Origin: Patescibacteria group bacterium
Lineage (GTDB): Bacteria > Patescibacteriota > Microgenomatia > 2-02-FULL-39-11
Direction: 5' to 3'
NCBI GenBank assembly: GCA_023379265.1
Contig: JAMCUI010000009.1
Span: 252,908-316,907, forward strand
DNA: 64,000 nucleotides
Numbering within the stretch: the first letter of the stretch is position 1; each line of letters opens with the position of its first letter. A program made the position numbers and the translations under genes. Below are positions 38,941 through 48,393 of this stretch, one piece after another. Under the pieces are notes generated by a model, which did not search any database, was not told where the DNA came from, and saw only the letters and a list, made by a program, of their open reading frames with translations.

Positions 38941-39828
38941 TTATGGATTAAGGTTCTTTTTTTTGAAAATAGATTTGTTATCTAAATAATAACGGTACAG
39001 TTGATCAATTGCTGATGTGAAAGGAGTAAATTTGAAACCTGATAATTCAGACAGTAATCTCTGATTATTACATGTATATTCCATATTATATCCCTGTTTT
39101 AAAATCTTTATGGGATGAGGATTATGTGTAGTTTTTTTAACTATCTCAGCCAGCGAGATTAAATCAATTTTTTCGCCTTTTCCGGCATTGTAGTGAGTAT
39201 ATTTCATGTTGTGAATAAGACAATATTCCACAATTTTTACCAGATCGTCAATGTAAATATAATCGAAAAAGACATTCTGTCTTATAACAACTGGTAAACC
39301 CAGAATTGACCGGCAGATAGCCTGGGAAATAAATCTTCTGGTATAATCCTCGTATTTTCCATAAACTCCAAAAAGTCTCAATACTACCGCATTGTCTGTT
39401 TTCTTCATAATTCTGGAAATGGTATATTTCAGTAGTCCATAATCATCTTTTGGAAGCGATAGACCGCTTTCCTTTTCAGATACATTGATAATTGGTTTTG
39501 ATTTATCGTATTCCGCTCCTGATCCGAAAACTATCACTTTGGTATCAGGATGCCTTTGTTCAAGAAGATTGTAGAAAATAGTCAAATTTTTTCCCAACAT
39601 ATCAGAAGAAAATACTCTTTTATCAGATCCTACATATAAGGCTGCATGAATTATGGCGTCGGGATTGTGTTCTTTCAAATATTCTTTGACTTTTTTCCTG
39701 TCAAGAAGATCTAGTTGCGAGTGTGATGGCGATATGGTGGAGAATTTATGTTTCAATTGTTCTGCAAGGTTATGCCCGATAAAGCCGTTTGCGCCCGTAA
39801 TCAGAATTTTTAAGTTTCTTTTATTCAT
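38941..39828 (-). CDS. NAD(P)-dependent sugar reductase/epimerase (extended SDR)
   Basis: TGANGFIG, GSGAEY, YGLLKY, LRLFGVYG. Confidence 0.82.
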   Translation of the reverse strand: MNKRNLKILITGANGFIGHNLAEQLKHKFSTISPSHSQLDLLDRKKVKEYLKEHNPDAIIHAALYVGSDKRVFSSDMLGKNLTIFYNLLEQRHPDTKVIVFGSGAEYDKSKPIINVSEKESGLSLPKDDYGLLKYTISRIMKKTDNAVVLRLFGVYGKYEDYTRRFISQAICRSILGLPVVIRQNVFFDYIYIDDLVKIVEYCLIHNMKYTHYNAGKGEKIDLISLAEIVKKTTHNPHPIKILKQGYNMEYTCNNQRLLSELSGFKFTPFTSAIDQLYRYYLDNKSIFKKKNLNP

Positions 39829-39831
39829 ATC

Positions 39832-41013
39832 TCAGACGGCAATGCAGATGGTATCTACAAGTTCATTTGAATAATGTCTAACAAAAAGTTTATATGAAGG
39901 ATTAAGTTTTTTAATAAGAAGTATAAGTTTCCAAAGATCAGCGGCATGGTGGTAAATGGAAATAATAAGTTTAGGTTTTGTTTGTCTGATTATTTTTTTT
40001 GCACCTAACAGCGCTTCCCTTTCAACTCCTTCTATATCCATTTTAATAATAGTAGGTTTTGGTTTATCTCGGAAGAAAAAATCTAATGATGATAGTCTAA
40101 TAGACTTTGTTTTTCCGGCGTTTCCCGCAGCGTGATTATTTGATAAATTTTTCTTAATAATTCGTGAGTCAACTGATGAATTCTCACTAAAATCTATTGT
40201 GCCTTCTTTATAAAACACACCTCTTTTTATTGGAATTATTCTTTTGTGATCAATTTTCCTGGAAATTTTTTGAAGTTTTATATAGTTTGCAGTATCAGGC
40301 TCAAAGGAGTAAATTTTCATGAATTTGTTTTTTACTGTTTTACAAAAACTAAGAACGGTATCACCGTCAAAGGCACCGCAGTCAGCCAGAATTTCCTGAG
40401 AATTTAATTTTAATATACTTTCGTCAAAATAAGTCTTTTTTGACGATTGTGCTAACTTTATATATTTTTTATCCAGTGATAACCTGAATTTGATTAGATT
40501 CTCAAAAATTTTCTTTGAGTTGCTTTCCGTCAGTATTTGTTCAGTTTGCAATATGTCTATTAAGTTTCGCTTGGAAAATAAAGAGTTAAACGTATTTTCA
40601 TATTCTGATGAGATAAATATATCAGGATACAGAATATTTAGATAACCCAGAGGATAAATATACTTAAAACCTGCCTTTTTAAGAAGAGAATAAATTTCAG
40701 ATTCATACATCAGGCTGGCAACAAGAATCGGTGTGGCAAGATACAGTTTTTTGGCTGTGACAAACGAAATGATTTTTGCTTCGCCAATTTTCCTGTCATG
40801 GAGTTTTGGATTGTTATCGACTATCGCTGAAACCTTGATATTTTTTGCCTGGAGATTTTCTACAAATATTTTTCCCATTCTGGCTGCACCAAACACGACA
40901 CAGGGGATATTCCTATTGCATATTAATTCCCTTGGAGGAAAGTGTTCTTGAAGCTGTGAAAGATAGTAATTTTTATTCTTTTCCAATAAATATTTAAGGC
41001 TATTTTTTGTCAT
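39832..41013 (-). CDS. FkbM-family methyltransferase with extra N-terminal domain
   Basis: DCGAFDGD, FEPD, IKMDIEGVE, ISIYH. Confidence 0.85.
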   Translation of the reverse strand: MTKNSLKYLLEKNKNYYLSQLQEHFPPRELICNRNIPCVVFGAARMGKIFVENLQAKNIKVSAIVDNNPKLHDRKIGEAKIISFVTAKKLYLATPILVASLMYESEIYSLLKKAGFKYIYPLGYLNILYPDIFISSEYENTFNSLFSKRNLIDILQTEQILTESNSKKIFENLIKFRLSLDKKYIKLAQSSKKTYFDESILKLNSQEILADCGAFDGDTVLSFCKTVKNKFMKIYSFEPDTANYIKLQKISRKIDHKRIIPIKRGVFYKEGTIDFSENSSVDSRIIKKNLSNNHAAGNAGKTKSIRLSSLDFFFRDKPKPTIIKMDIEGVEREALLGAKKIIRQTKPKLIISIYHHAADLWKLILLIKKLNPSYKLFVRHYSNELVDTICIAV

Positions 41014-42814
41014 AAGAAAGTGGCTTGGCTATCATATTTTTGAAAAAAATTTCCCTTGGCAGATAAGGATACATATCCTCAAGCGGTTTTGAAATCATAC
41101 TGCCGTCTGGTAAAACTTCAGAACCGATTCTGGGTATAATTTCAACAGAAGGCGCCATGTTTACACGGCAAAGTACCGGACCTTTGTGTTCTAGAACTTT
41201 TTTTATACCTCTATGTAAATCGTTATGATTTTTTATTTCGATAAAGTGCATTCCGTAAGCGTAAGCAATTTTTGAAAGGTTAGGTATAACTACTCCTGAG
41301 TTGGCATCTGAGGCAAAAAACCTCTGGCCTGCAAATTTTTTTTGAGTATTTCTTATGGATAAATAACCCTTATTGTCATAAACAAAAATCTTTAGTGGTA
41401 GTTCGTAAGTGATGAGAGTCTGGAGTTCATGAATATTAAACTGTAGTGAACCGTCACCCACAATCACAATAACTGGTTTTTTACCGGAGGCGATACTGGC
41501 GCCGATACCTGAAGGTAGTTCATAACCCATCGGGCCGCAGCCGATATTGGCTAGGAATCTTTGGTTTTTTTTCAGTCTAGCCATAAGGAAGGCGGTGGCT
41601 GAAGTGACACCGCTGCAGGTAGTTAAAATATCTCCTTCCTTAAAATAAGAAGATAGTGTATGCATAAAAAAGTAGGGGTTGACATATTTATCGCCATCTT
41701 TTAGGTATTGCGGAAGAATTTTTGGAAAGAGCGTTGTCCACCTTTTACACTTGGTTACCCAAACATCATACTCTGGTAATTTTGATTTTTCAGATTGTTG
41801 GATTAATTCTTCGATAAAAACTTTTGCATCCGCTTCTACTTTCATATATGGATTGACTGTTTTTTTATTCAGTTCATTTGCATCAATATTTACAAAAATA
41901 ATCTTTGCTTCTCTAGCAAAAGCCTGATAATTAAAACCGGTGGTTTTGAAGTTTAACCTGGCGCCAATACTGAGAACTAAATCACTATTTTGAATTATAA
42001 AATTTGCGGTTCTGTCCCCGATTATGCCGGGGTTTCCGAAATACAAAGGATATTCTTCATACATCAGGTCATTGGCGCACGAGGCCGTCAATACCGGTAT
42101 TTTTAGTATATTTACCAATTTTAGAAATGACTTGTAAGCTCCAGAAATCCTAATTCCGTTTCCAGCCAGGATGACTGGCCGGTTGGATTTTTGGAGTAAT
42201 TTTAATATTTCGTTGATAGAGTCAGAGATACTTTTTGAAGTGGTTCGATTAGTCTCTAATTCTTCAGGATCAAATTTTACCATCGATTTTTCCTCTATCT
42301 GGTGCGCCTGGATATCCAACGGAACATCAATCCAAACGGGTCCTGGGCGGCCTGTTGTGGCAAGATAAATTGCTTTTTCCAGATGATAGCGGATGCTTTG
42401 CGGATCTGTAATTCTTACAGCATATTTTGTAACGGGTTTCACGATATCAGTGATATTCAGTTCCTGTTCACCAAGCTGGCGCAAATCTGAGCCTTCCGCG
42501 GAAATTTCTGTCCTGACCTGACCGGATATATAAAGTGCCGGGACTGAATCCTGCCATTGGCAGACGATTCCAGTAAGTGAGTTACTGCCTCCGGGACCTC
42601 CCGTGACTACACAGACACCCAGTTTTCCTGTAATCTTGGAGTAAGCTTCAGCAGCCATGGCAGCTGCCTGTTCGTGGAAGGTGCAATAGTATTTTATTTT
42701 TTTACTTCTGCCGAATGAATCATTCAGATGCATTGCCAAACCGCCGGAGATCATAAAAATATCTCTGACGCCGTAATTTTCCAGGAATCGGACAATATAG
42801 TCACTGAGTTTCAT
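41000..42814 (-). CDS. ThDP-dependent acetolactate-synthase-like enzyme (YerE-like sugar branching enzyme)
   Basis: GG.AMHLND, HEQAAAMAAEAY, RQLGEQE, GDGSLQFNIHEL..NKGYLSI, SKPLEDMYP; lies in a CDP-sugar cluster. Confidence 0.85.
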   Translation of the reverse strand: MKLSDYIVRFLENYGVRDIFMISGGLAMHLNDSFGRSKKIKYYCTFHEQAAAMAAEAYSKITGKLGVCVVTGGPGGSNSLTGIVCQWQDSVPALYISGQVRTEISAEGSDLRQLGEQELNITDIVKPVTKYAVRITDPQSIRYHLEKAIYLATTGRPGPVWIDVPLDIQAHQIEEKSMVKFDPEELETNRTTSKSISDSINEILKLLQKSNRPVILAGNGIRISGAYKSFLKLVNILKIPVLTASCANDLMYEEYPLYFGNPGIIGDRTANFIIQNSDLVLSIGARLNFKTTGFNYQAFAREAKIIFVNIDANELNKKTVNPYMKVEADAKVFIEELIQQSEKSKLPEYDVWVTKCKRWTTLFPKILPQYLKDGDKYVNPYFFMHTLSSYFKEGDILTTCSGVTSATAFLMARLKKNQRFLANIGCGPMGYELPSGIGASIASGKKPVIVIVGDGSLQFNIHELQTLITYELPLKIFVYDNKGYLSIRNTQKKFAGQRFFASDANSGVVIPNLSKIAYAYGMHFIEIKNHNDLHRGIKKVLEHKGPVLCRVNMAPSVEIIPRIGSEVLPDGSMISKPLEDMYPYLPREIFFKNMIAKPLSYDKK

Positions 42815-42898
42815 AGTATATAGAACTTATTTCAAAACCCTAGCTCGCCGGATTTGAGTTATTATCCGTTAGTAAACGGTTTAGTTTTACAACAGCTA

Positions 42899-43696
42899 CT
42901 AGTGGATAGTCCAGCCGCCGTCAACAAGAAGATTGTGTCCGGTAATGTATCCCGAGATGTCCGAAGCCAAGAATAGAGTTGGTCCGACTAAATCATCTGG
43001 ACTTGCCATTCTACCCAATGGAGTAAGTTTTTCATAATTTTTGATAAAGTCGGGATTTTGATTGGCTTTTACTCCGCCAGGACTTATACAATTGACTCTG
43101 ATGTCGTATTTCCCAAAATATGAAGCGAAATATTTTGTCATCATATTTACTCCACCTTTGATAAGAGCATAAGGGGAAGGTGAGGTCATTTCCGTATTGT
43201 TATAAATGGAGAATGTCGGTGCTACCGTACCATATATGGAACTGAAATTTATAATGTTTCCTCCTTGTGGAGATTTATTTTTCATATAAACGGCAATTTT
43301 TTGAGTACAGTGGTAATAACCGCCCAGATGCATGGCAAGATTTTTCTCTACAGATGAGTAGGGCATTTCTTCAACGTTTTTTGACCAATCCTCGGTTTTG
43401 GGCCAGCTGCAGTTGATAAAAACCTCAATTTTTCCCATTTTCTGGCAGGAAAATTCAATTAATTCATCAATTGATTTTTCTTTGGTCGTATCGAATTTAT
43501 AAAATATCACTTTATTTTTTGAAGATGTATTCACCTTTTCCAGAAATTTCTGATCAGTATTTACGTCGGCAATGATAAGTTTAGATCCAGAAGAGGAAAA
43601 TCCTTTAGCGAGAACTTTACCGATAAGTCCCATTCCGCCCACAATGAGTATAGGTTTATCCTGCAGATCTGAGAAATTATATTTATTTTTATCCAT
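42899..43696 (-). CDS. Short-chain dehydrogenase/reductase (PtmA-like)
   Basis: GGMGLIG, SSIYG, YALIKGG, NCISPGG, TGHNLLVDGG. Confidence 0.85.
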   Translation of the reverse strand: MDKNKYNFSDLQDKPILIVGGMGLIGKVLAKGFSSSGSKLIIADVNTDQKFLEKVNTSSKNKVIFYKFDTTKEKSIDELIEFSCQKMGKIEVFINCSWPKTEDWSKNVEEMPYSSVEKNLAMHLGGYYHCTQKIAVYMKNKSPQGGNIINFSSIYGTVAPTFSIYNNTEMTSPSPYALIKGGVNMMTKYFASYFGKYDIRVNCISPGGVKANQNPDFIKNYEKLTPLGRMASPDDLVGPTLFLASDISGYITGHNLLVDGGWTIH

Positions 43697-43733
43697 AAAT
43701 ATTTGATTTACATTCTATTTAATTATAATCTAT

Positions 43734-44744
43734 TCAAACTATTACACTATCCATATCGATTATTCTTTTATACTTAATCGAATCATGTGTTGCTAAAAGA
43801 AGTCTCAAGTTGGCAATTCCATCTTCAAGAGATATGGATGGATGCTTTTTATTTTTGACCTTATCAATAAATTCTTTCACTTCATCATAAAACATATTAT
43901 TTCTATTAAAACCTTTTGAATAGTCGATTACTTGTTTTCTTGGCTGATCTTCTTTTTTGTTTTTGTTGAAAATATATAATTTATTGGCAAAAAAATCTAG
44001 TTCTATACGGCCCTTATCTCCAACTATTTCCCAATATCTTTTAGGCGGGTCAAGAATATAGTCAAGATGTATTTCGGCGAGAGTGTTACTACTATATTTC
44101 ATAAGTATTTCGACATTGTCTTCAGTATTTACTCCTGTAAGTGATTTTTTACCGTTCAGAGCAATTACACACGTGGGTAGACCGAAATACCAATAAAGTA
44201 TATCCAGATCATGACAGAGAGTGTTAATCGGACCTCCGCCCAATTCTTTATTTGCCGCATAGCTTTTCTTGTAATTTTCCCAAGGATGCCAGTTTGGTAG
44301 AAACTCGCCCCAGATTACGCGTGAATATACGGGATTTCCTATAATTTTATTCTTAAGAATTTTTTTGATTCTTATAAAGGCCGGGTGATAACGGTGCATA
44401 AAGCCAATTTGGACAATTAGTTCTTTTTGTCTGACAATTTCCTGCAGTTTTTTTACTCCTTCTGTGCTATCTGATAAAGGTTTTTCTATAAAAAGGTGAC
44501 AATCTGCCTGGGCCAGTTTATTTGCCAGGTCTATATGGAGTGAGGAAGGGTTAGTGATAAAAGCAACGTCGGGTTTTTGCTTTATAGCATCTCCGAAATC
44601 CGAAAAGGTTTTAATCTCTTGTCTGACAAATCTTAACGGTTGGGTAGTGGTGCGGTAGGCGATAATATCCTTTTCGCCCATTTTTAATAGATTGTTTAAA
44701 TGTTGTTGTCCGATTGATCCTAGACCGCAAAAAAGAAATTTCAT
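43734..44744 (-). CDS. Gfo/Idh/MocA-family oxidoreductase
   Basis: GLGSIG, EKP, LPNWHPWE, GGG...CHDLD. Confidence 0.85.
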   Translation of the reverse strand: MKFLFCGLGSIGQQHLNNLLKMGEKDIIAYRTTTQPLRFVRQEIKTFSDFGDAIKQKPDVAFITNPSSLHIDLANKLAQADCHLFIEKPLSDSTEGVKKLQEIVRQKELIVQIGFMHRYHPAFIRIKKILKNKIIGNPVYSRVIWGEFLPNWHPWENYKKSYAANKELGGGPINTLCHDLDILYWYFGLPTCVIALNGKKSLTGVNTEDNVEILMKYSSNTLAEIHLDYILDPPKRYWEIVGDKGRIELDFFANKLYIFNKNKKEDQPRKQVIDYSKGFNRNNMFYDEVKEFIDKVKNKKHPSISLEDGIANLRLLLATHDSIKYKRIIDMDSVIV

Positions 44745-45716
44745 TTATTTTGAGTAATAATTGGTATACCAGTTATAGATATTTTTCATGGTATTTTTGA
44801 TCGTATACTCCGGTTTCCAGCCGACTGTTTTTCTGATTTTAGTCCAATCAAGCGACTGGTAAGGAATCTCGTTTTTGGCAGTATTTATAATCTTATATTT
44901 TATCTTCATATCCAAAACTTTTTCCAAAAGTCCAATGAGATCTAACACTGAAAACGAATCATCTGAGCCGAAATTGTAGGCTTCGCCTTTGGTCTTTGCT
45001 ATATTTTGCGCCAAAAGCAGATAGCCCCTGACGACATCTTTAACATATAAATAATCCCTTATATATTTGCCATTGCTTCTAATAAGAAATGTTTGTTTCT
45101 TAACTATTGCTTCCATTATTCCGGGAATTATCCTGGAAAAATGCATATCTCCCTCACCGTAAATATTGCCAAAGCGAGTGATTGTTGTTGGTAAACCGTA
45201 TGTTTTGTAATAAGAATAGGAGATCAGGTCCGCAGATGATTTTGAAACCTCATAGGGATGGTCGCCACGGAGGGGATCGGATTCAGAATATTTTAATTGA
45301 GAATTGAGAATTTTACCGTATGCCTTGTCGGAAGACGCAACGATAATAGCATGAGTTTTACCAAATAGCCTTGTTGCTTCAAGGAGATTTATTGTACCGA
45401 CTATGTTTGAGTAAAGTGTGGTTTTGGGGTTTTTATAAGCGATATCTACTAAAGGTTGGGCGGCTAGATGAAAGATGCAGTCTGGTTTGACATTGAAAAC
45501 CATTTTTTCTACTGCTTTATAACCTGACAGTTCAATCCTGATGATCTTTGTTTTTCGTTCAAGACCCTGAGTAGCAAAATAGGAATTGGTTGGTATATTA
45601 TGGTGAGTGGTGACGGTGATGTCTGCTTTTGTTTTTGCCAATTCTTCAGCTAGATGCGATCCGACAAATCCAGTCGCTCCGGTTATAAGTATGTTTTTAT
45701 AGTTGAAATTTGTCAT
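44745..45716 (-). CDS. rfbG: CDP-glucose 4,6-dehydratase-like protein
   Basis: TGATGFVG, HLAAQPLV, SSDKAYG, PYEVSKS, GNIYG; adjacent to rfbF; ATG at 45716. Confidence 0.8.
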   Translation of the reverse strand: MTNFNYKNILITGATGFVGSHLAEELAKTKADITVTTHHNIPTNSYFATQGLERKTKIIRIELSGYKAVEKMVFNVKPDCIFHLAAQPLVDIAYKNPKTTLYSNIVGTINLLEATRLFGKTHAIIVASSDKAYGKILNSQLKYSESDPLRGDHPYEVSKSSADLISYSYYKTYGLPTTITRFGNIYGEGDMHFSRIIPGIMEAIVKKQTFLIRSNGKYIRDYLYVKDVVRGYLLLAQNIAKTKGEAYNFGSDDSFSVLDLIGLLEKVLDMKIKYKIINTAKNEIPYQSLDWTKIRKTVGWKPEYTIKNTMKNIYNWYTNYYSK

Positions 45717-45717
45717 C

Positions 45718-46497
45718 TCACTTCCATACCTTCCACGGCGGATTTTCGCTGTTCCAGATGCCGTTGAGCTCGTCATATTCCTTGTTAGTGTCGACAGCAT
45801 ACCAGAAGCCGGTATGCTTGTAGATGGAAAGCTGAGAAATTTTGGCCAGTCGGGTGAGGGCCGCATGTTCCAACTCTGCCGGTTTCTGGTACTTAAAATA
45901 ATCCCTCTTGAAGACCATATATCCGCCGTTTGCCCAGTCGGACATATAAGGTTTTTCCTTAAACTCCACGATTTTGCTGTCGTTTCCTACTTTTACCACT
46001 CCAAACTTAAATTTTGGATGGATTCCAGTGATGGTTCCTATCGTGTTTTGTTTCTTATGGAACTGCACCAGTTTTCCGATATCAAGGTTCGTCACCCCGT
46101 CTCCATAAGTCACCATAAAATTTTTATCACTTTTAGGGATATAACTTTCACAAAGAAGAATCCTTTCTCCCGGAAGGGTATCCATACCCGTATCTACAAA
46201 AGTGATTTTGAAATCGTCTATTTCTTTTCTGTGTTCCCAGTGATAGGCGGTTTTGTGGGTTTTTGTCTCGAGTGTAAAATCTGTGGTAAAAGCTTTCTGG
46301 TTGAGGAAAAAATCCTTGATATAGTTGGCCTTATAACCTAAAGCCAAAATAAATTCGTTAAAGCCGTAATGGGCGTATATTTTCATAATATGCCAGATTA
46401 TTGGTTTTCCGCCAATATTTATCATCGGTTTTGGTTTGTATTCAGTTTCCTCTTTGAGTCTGGTACCTGTACCACCGCATAAAATTATTGTTTTCAT
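45718..46497 (-). CDS. rfbF: Glucose-1-phosphate cytidylyltransferase
   Basis: LCGGTGTRLKEETEYKPKPM, WHIMKIY, VDTG, TYGDG, NGGY. Confidence 0.92.
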   Translation of the reverse strand: MKTIILCGGTGTRLKEETEYKPKPMINIGGKPIIWHIMKIYAHYGFNEFILALGYKANYIKDFFLNQKAFTTDFTLETKTHKTAYHWEHRKEIDDFKITFVDTGMDTLPGERILLCESYIPKSDKNFMVTYGDGVTNLDIGKLVQFHKKQNTIGTITGIHPKFKFGVVKVGNDSKIVEFKEKPYMSDWANGGYMVFKRDYFKYQKPAELEHAALTRLAKISQLSIYKHTGFWYAVDTNKEYDELNGIWNSENPPWKVWK

Positions 46498-46506
46498 ACA
46501 GCCTGG

Positions 46507-46515
46507 ATTATAGCA
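46507..46515 (-). promoter_or_regulatory. Extended -10 promoter TGcTATAAT for the rfbF operon
   Basis: Consensus extended -10 ending 9 nt before the rfbF ATG. Confidence 0.6.
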
Positions 46516-46520
46516 GAACT

Positions 46521-46562
46521 GGTTGTAAGTTGTTAGTTTTGGGTTGTGAGTGGAGAATGGCT
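46521..46562. repeat. Degenerate 7-mer tandem repeat tract
   Basis: ggttgta agttgtt agttttg ggttgtg agtggag aatggct. Confidence 0.5.
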
Positions 46563-46677
46563 AAATTTTATTATTTAAGAATTAGTAAATTTGTTCATTG
46601 ATCAAAAATTAGAAATTATAATTGAAAATTATACTTGGGCATTATGAGTAGTTCTATAGTATAATTATGAAGTTTTT

Positions 46678-48393
46678 ATGGGTACTGACGGTAAAATGCA
46701 TATTACTGTTTTGGGCATCCATGACGGGCACAATAGTGGAGCTGCTTTAGTGCGAGACGGTAAGGTTCTCTCGGCCATATCGGAGGAGAGACTGAATAAT
46801 ATAAAGAATTATTCCGGAGTGCCAGTACTTTCCATTGCCAAGGTTTTTGAAATTGCCGAAATACCTCCTGAGGAAACCGATCTTATCGCAATAGGATGTT
46901 TCGTCCGTGTGGGGCCACCCTATGCTGATATAAATTGGTTAGGTAGAATTCAGGTAGAATTGGCACCATATCTTCATTCACACTTATTTGCTAAAACATA
47001 TGTGAAATTGCTGCACAAATTCAGACAAACAGGTCGATTGAAGGATTTATTTGAAAGTTTGGGAATAGGGGATAAAAAAATCATATTTATAGAACACCAT
47101 CTAAGTCATGCAGCATGTGCTTATTACGGGTCAGGTTTCAAGGATGAGACACTGATTCTCACTCTTGACGGGTCAGGGGATGGGCTATCAGCGACTGTCT
47201 CAGTAGGAAAAGACTGTAGAATCAAAAGGATTGCCGAGACGACATTCTATGACAGTTTGTCAAACAATATATACAGTGAAATCACAGGGTACTTGGGGAT
47301 GAAGAGGTGGGAACATGAATACAAGGTGATGGGTCTTGCTCCATATGGTAGAGATGACGGTTTGGTAGATGAATTTAAAAAAATTGTCAGGATAAATCCG
47401 GCAAAAACTCTGGAGTTTCAGAATATTTTCGGCGCCTATTTATACGATGTTACCAAAAACTTGGTTCCAATTTTAGCCGGGCGGCGATTTGACAATATTG
47501 CTTGGGCGACTCAGAAATATTTTGAAGATTTGGTTTCCCAGTGGGTAAAAAATGCGATAGATCAGACCGGTGTTCATAATGTAGTCTGTAGTGGCGGGTC
47601 ATTTCTGAACGTTAAGGCGAATAAGGTGATAAGGGAATTGCCTGAAGTGAAAAAAGTCTTTTTTTACCCGGCCGCTGATGATGGCGGGACTCCGGCGGGG
47701 GCTGCCATTGAAGGGTATGTCAGGTTGTGCAGGGAAAAGAAAATAAAACCGGTGGTTGAGCCGATTGGTGATTTATATTTTGGTCAGCAATATTCTGACG
47801 AAAAGATAAGCGCTATTTTGAAAAAATCAAATTGGAAAAAAAAGGCAGTAAATTTAGGAAAAGGGATAGCAAAAGAGGTTGCTAGATTACTAGGTAAAGG
47901 AAAGATTGTCGCCAGGTTTGCCGGACGGGATGAGTGGGGTCCAAGAGCATTGGGAAATCATAGTATATTGGCAGATCCCCGCGATCTGCGTGTAATTTCA
48001 AAACTGAATTTTGCTATCAAACAGAGAGATTTCTGGATGCCTTTTGCCGCGTCCATTCTGGAGGAGGATGCTGGAGAATATTTGAAGGATTATAGGGGAC
48101 AAGCAAGATATATGATTGAAGCTTTCGATACAAAAGAAAAAGCAGCTGAAATTACGGCAGCTCTCCATCCTTACGACCTGACATGCCGGCCTCAGACAGT
48201 AAACGATTGGAATCCCGGTTACAGAAGTATATTGACGGAATTTAAAAAACTGACGGGAGTCTCAGGAATTCTAAATACTTCATTTAACCTGCACGGGTTT
48301 CCAATGGTGGGTACTCCTGACGTTGCTCTTTCCACTTTTGAAAATTCAGGATTGGATGCGCTTATTCTTGAAAATTTCTTAATTACTAGATGA
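46678..48393 (+). CDS. O-carbamoyltransferase (NodU/CmcH/TobZ family)
   Basis: EER, EHHLSHA, DGSGD, EYKVMGLAPYG, GPRALG, LNTSFNLHG. Confidence 0.92.
   Translation: MGTDGKMHITVLGIHDGHNSGAALVRDGKVLSAISEERLNNIKNYSGVPVLSIAKVFEIAEIPPEETDLIAIGCFVRVGPPYADINWLGRIQVELAPYLHSHLFAKTYVKLLHKFRQTGRLKDLFESLGIGDKKIIFIEHHLSHAACAYYGSGFKDETLILTLDGSGDGLSATVSVGKDCRIKRIAETTFYDSLSNNIYSEITGYLGMKRWEHEYKVMGLAPYGRDDGLVDEFKKIVRINPAKTLEFQNIFGAYLYDVTKNLVPILAGRRFDNIAWATQKYFEDLVSQWVKNAIDQTGVHNVVCSGGSFLNVKANKVIRELPEVKKVFFYPAADDGGTPAGAAIEGYVRLCREKKIKPVVEPIGDLYFGQQYSDEKISAILKKSNWKKKAVNLGKGIAKEVARLLGKGKIVARFAGRDEWGPRALGNHSILADPRDLRVISKLNFAIKQRDFWMPFAASILEEDAGEYLKDYRGQARYMIEAFDTKEKAAEITAALHPYDLTCRPQTVNDWNPGYRSILTEFKKLTGVSGILNTSFNLHGFPMVGTPDVALSTFENSGLDALILENFLITR

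Noticed and set aside
41000-42814. Housekeeping acetolactate synthase (ilvB)
   Set aside because: No ilvH/ilvC/ilvD nearby; embedded among CDP-sugar genes
42841-42880. Two short hairpins between the SDR and ThDP genes
   Set aside because: Stems of only 5-6 bp with no U-tract; not distinguishable from chance
45703-46341. 212-aa plus-strand ORF
   Set aside because: Antisense shadow of the well-conserved rfbF
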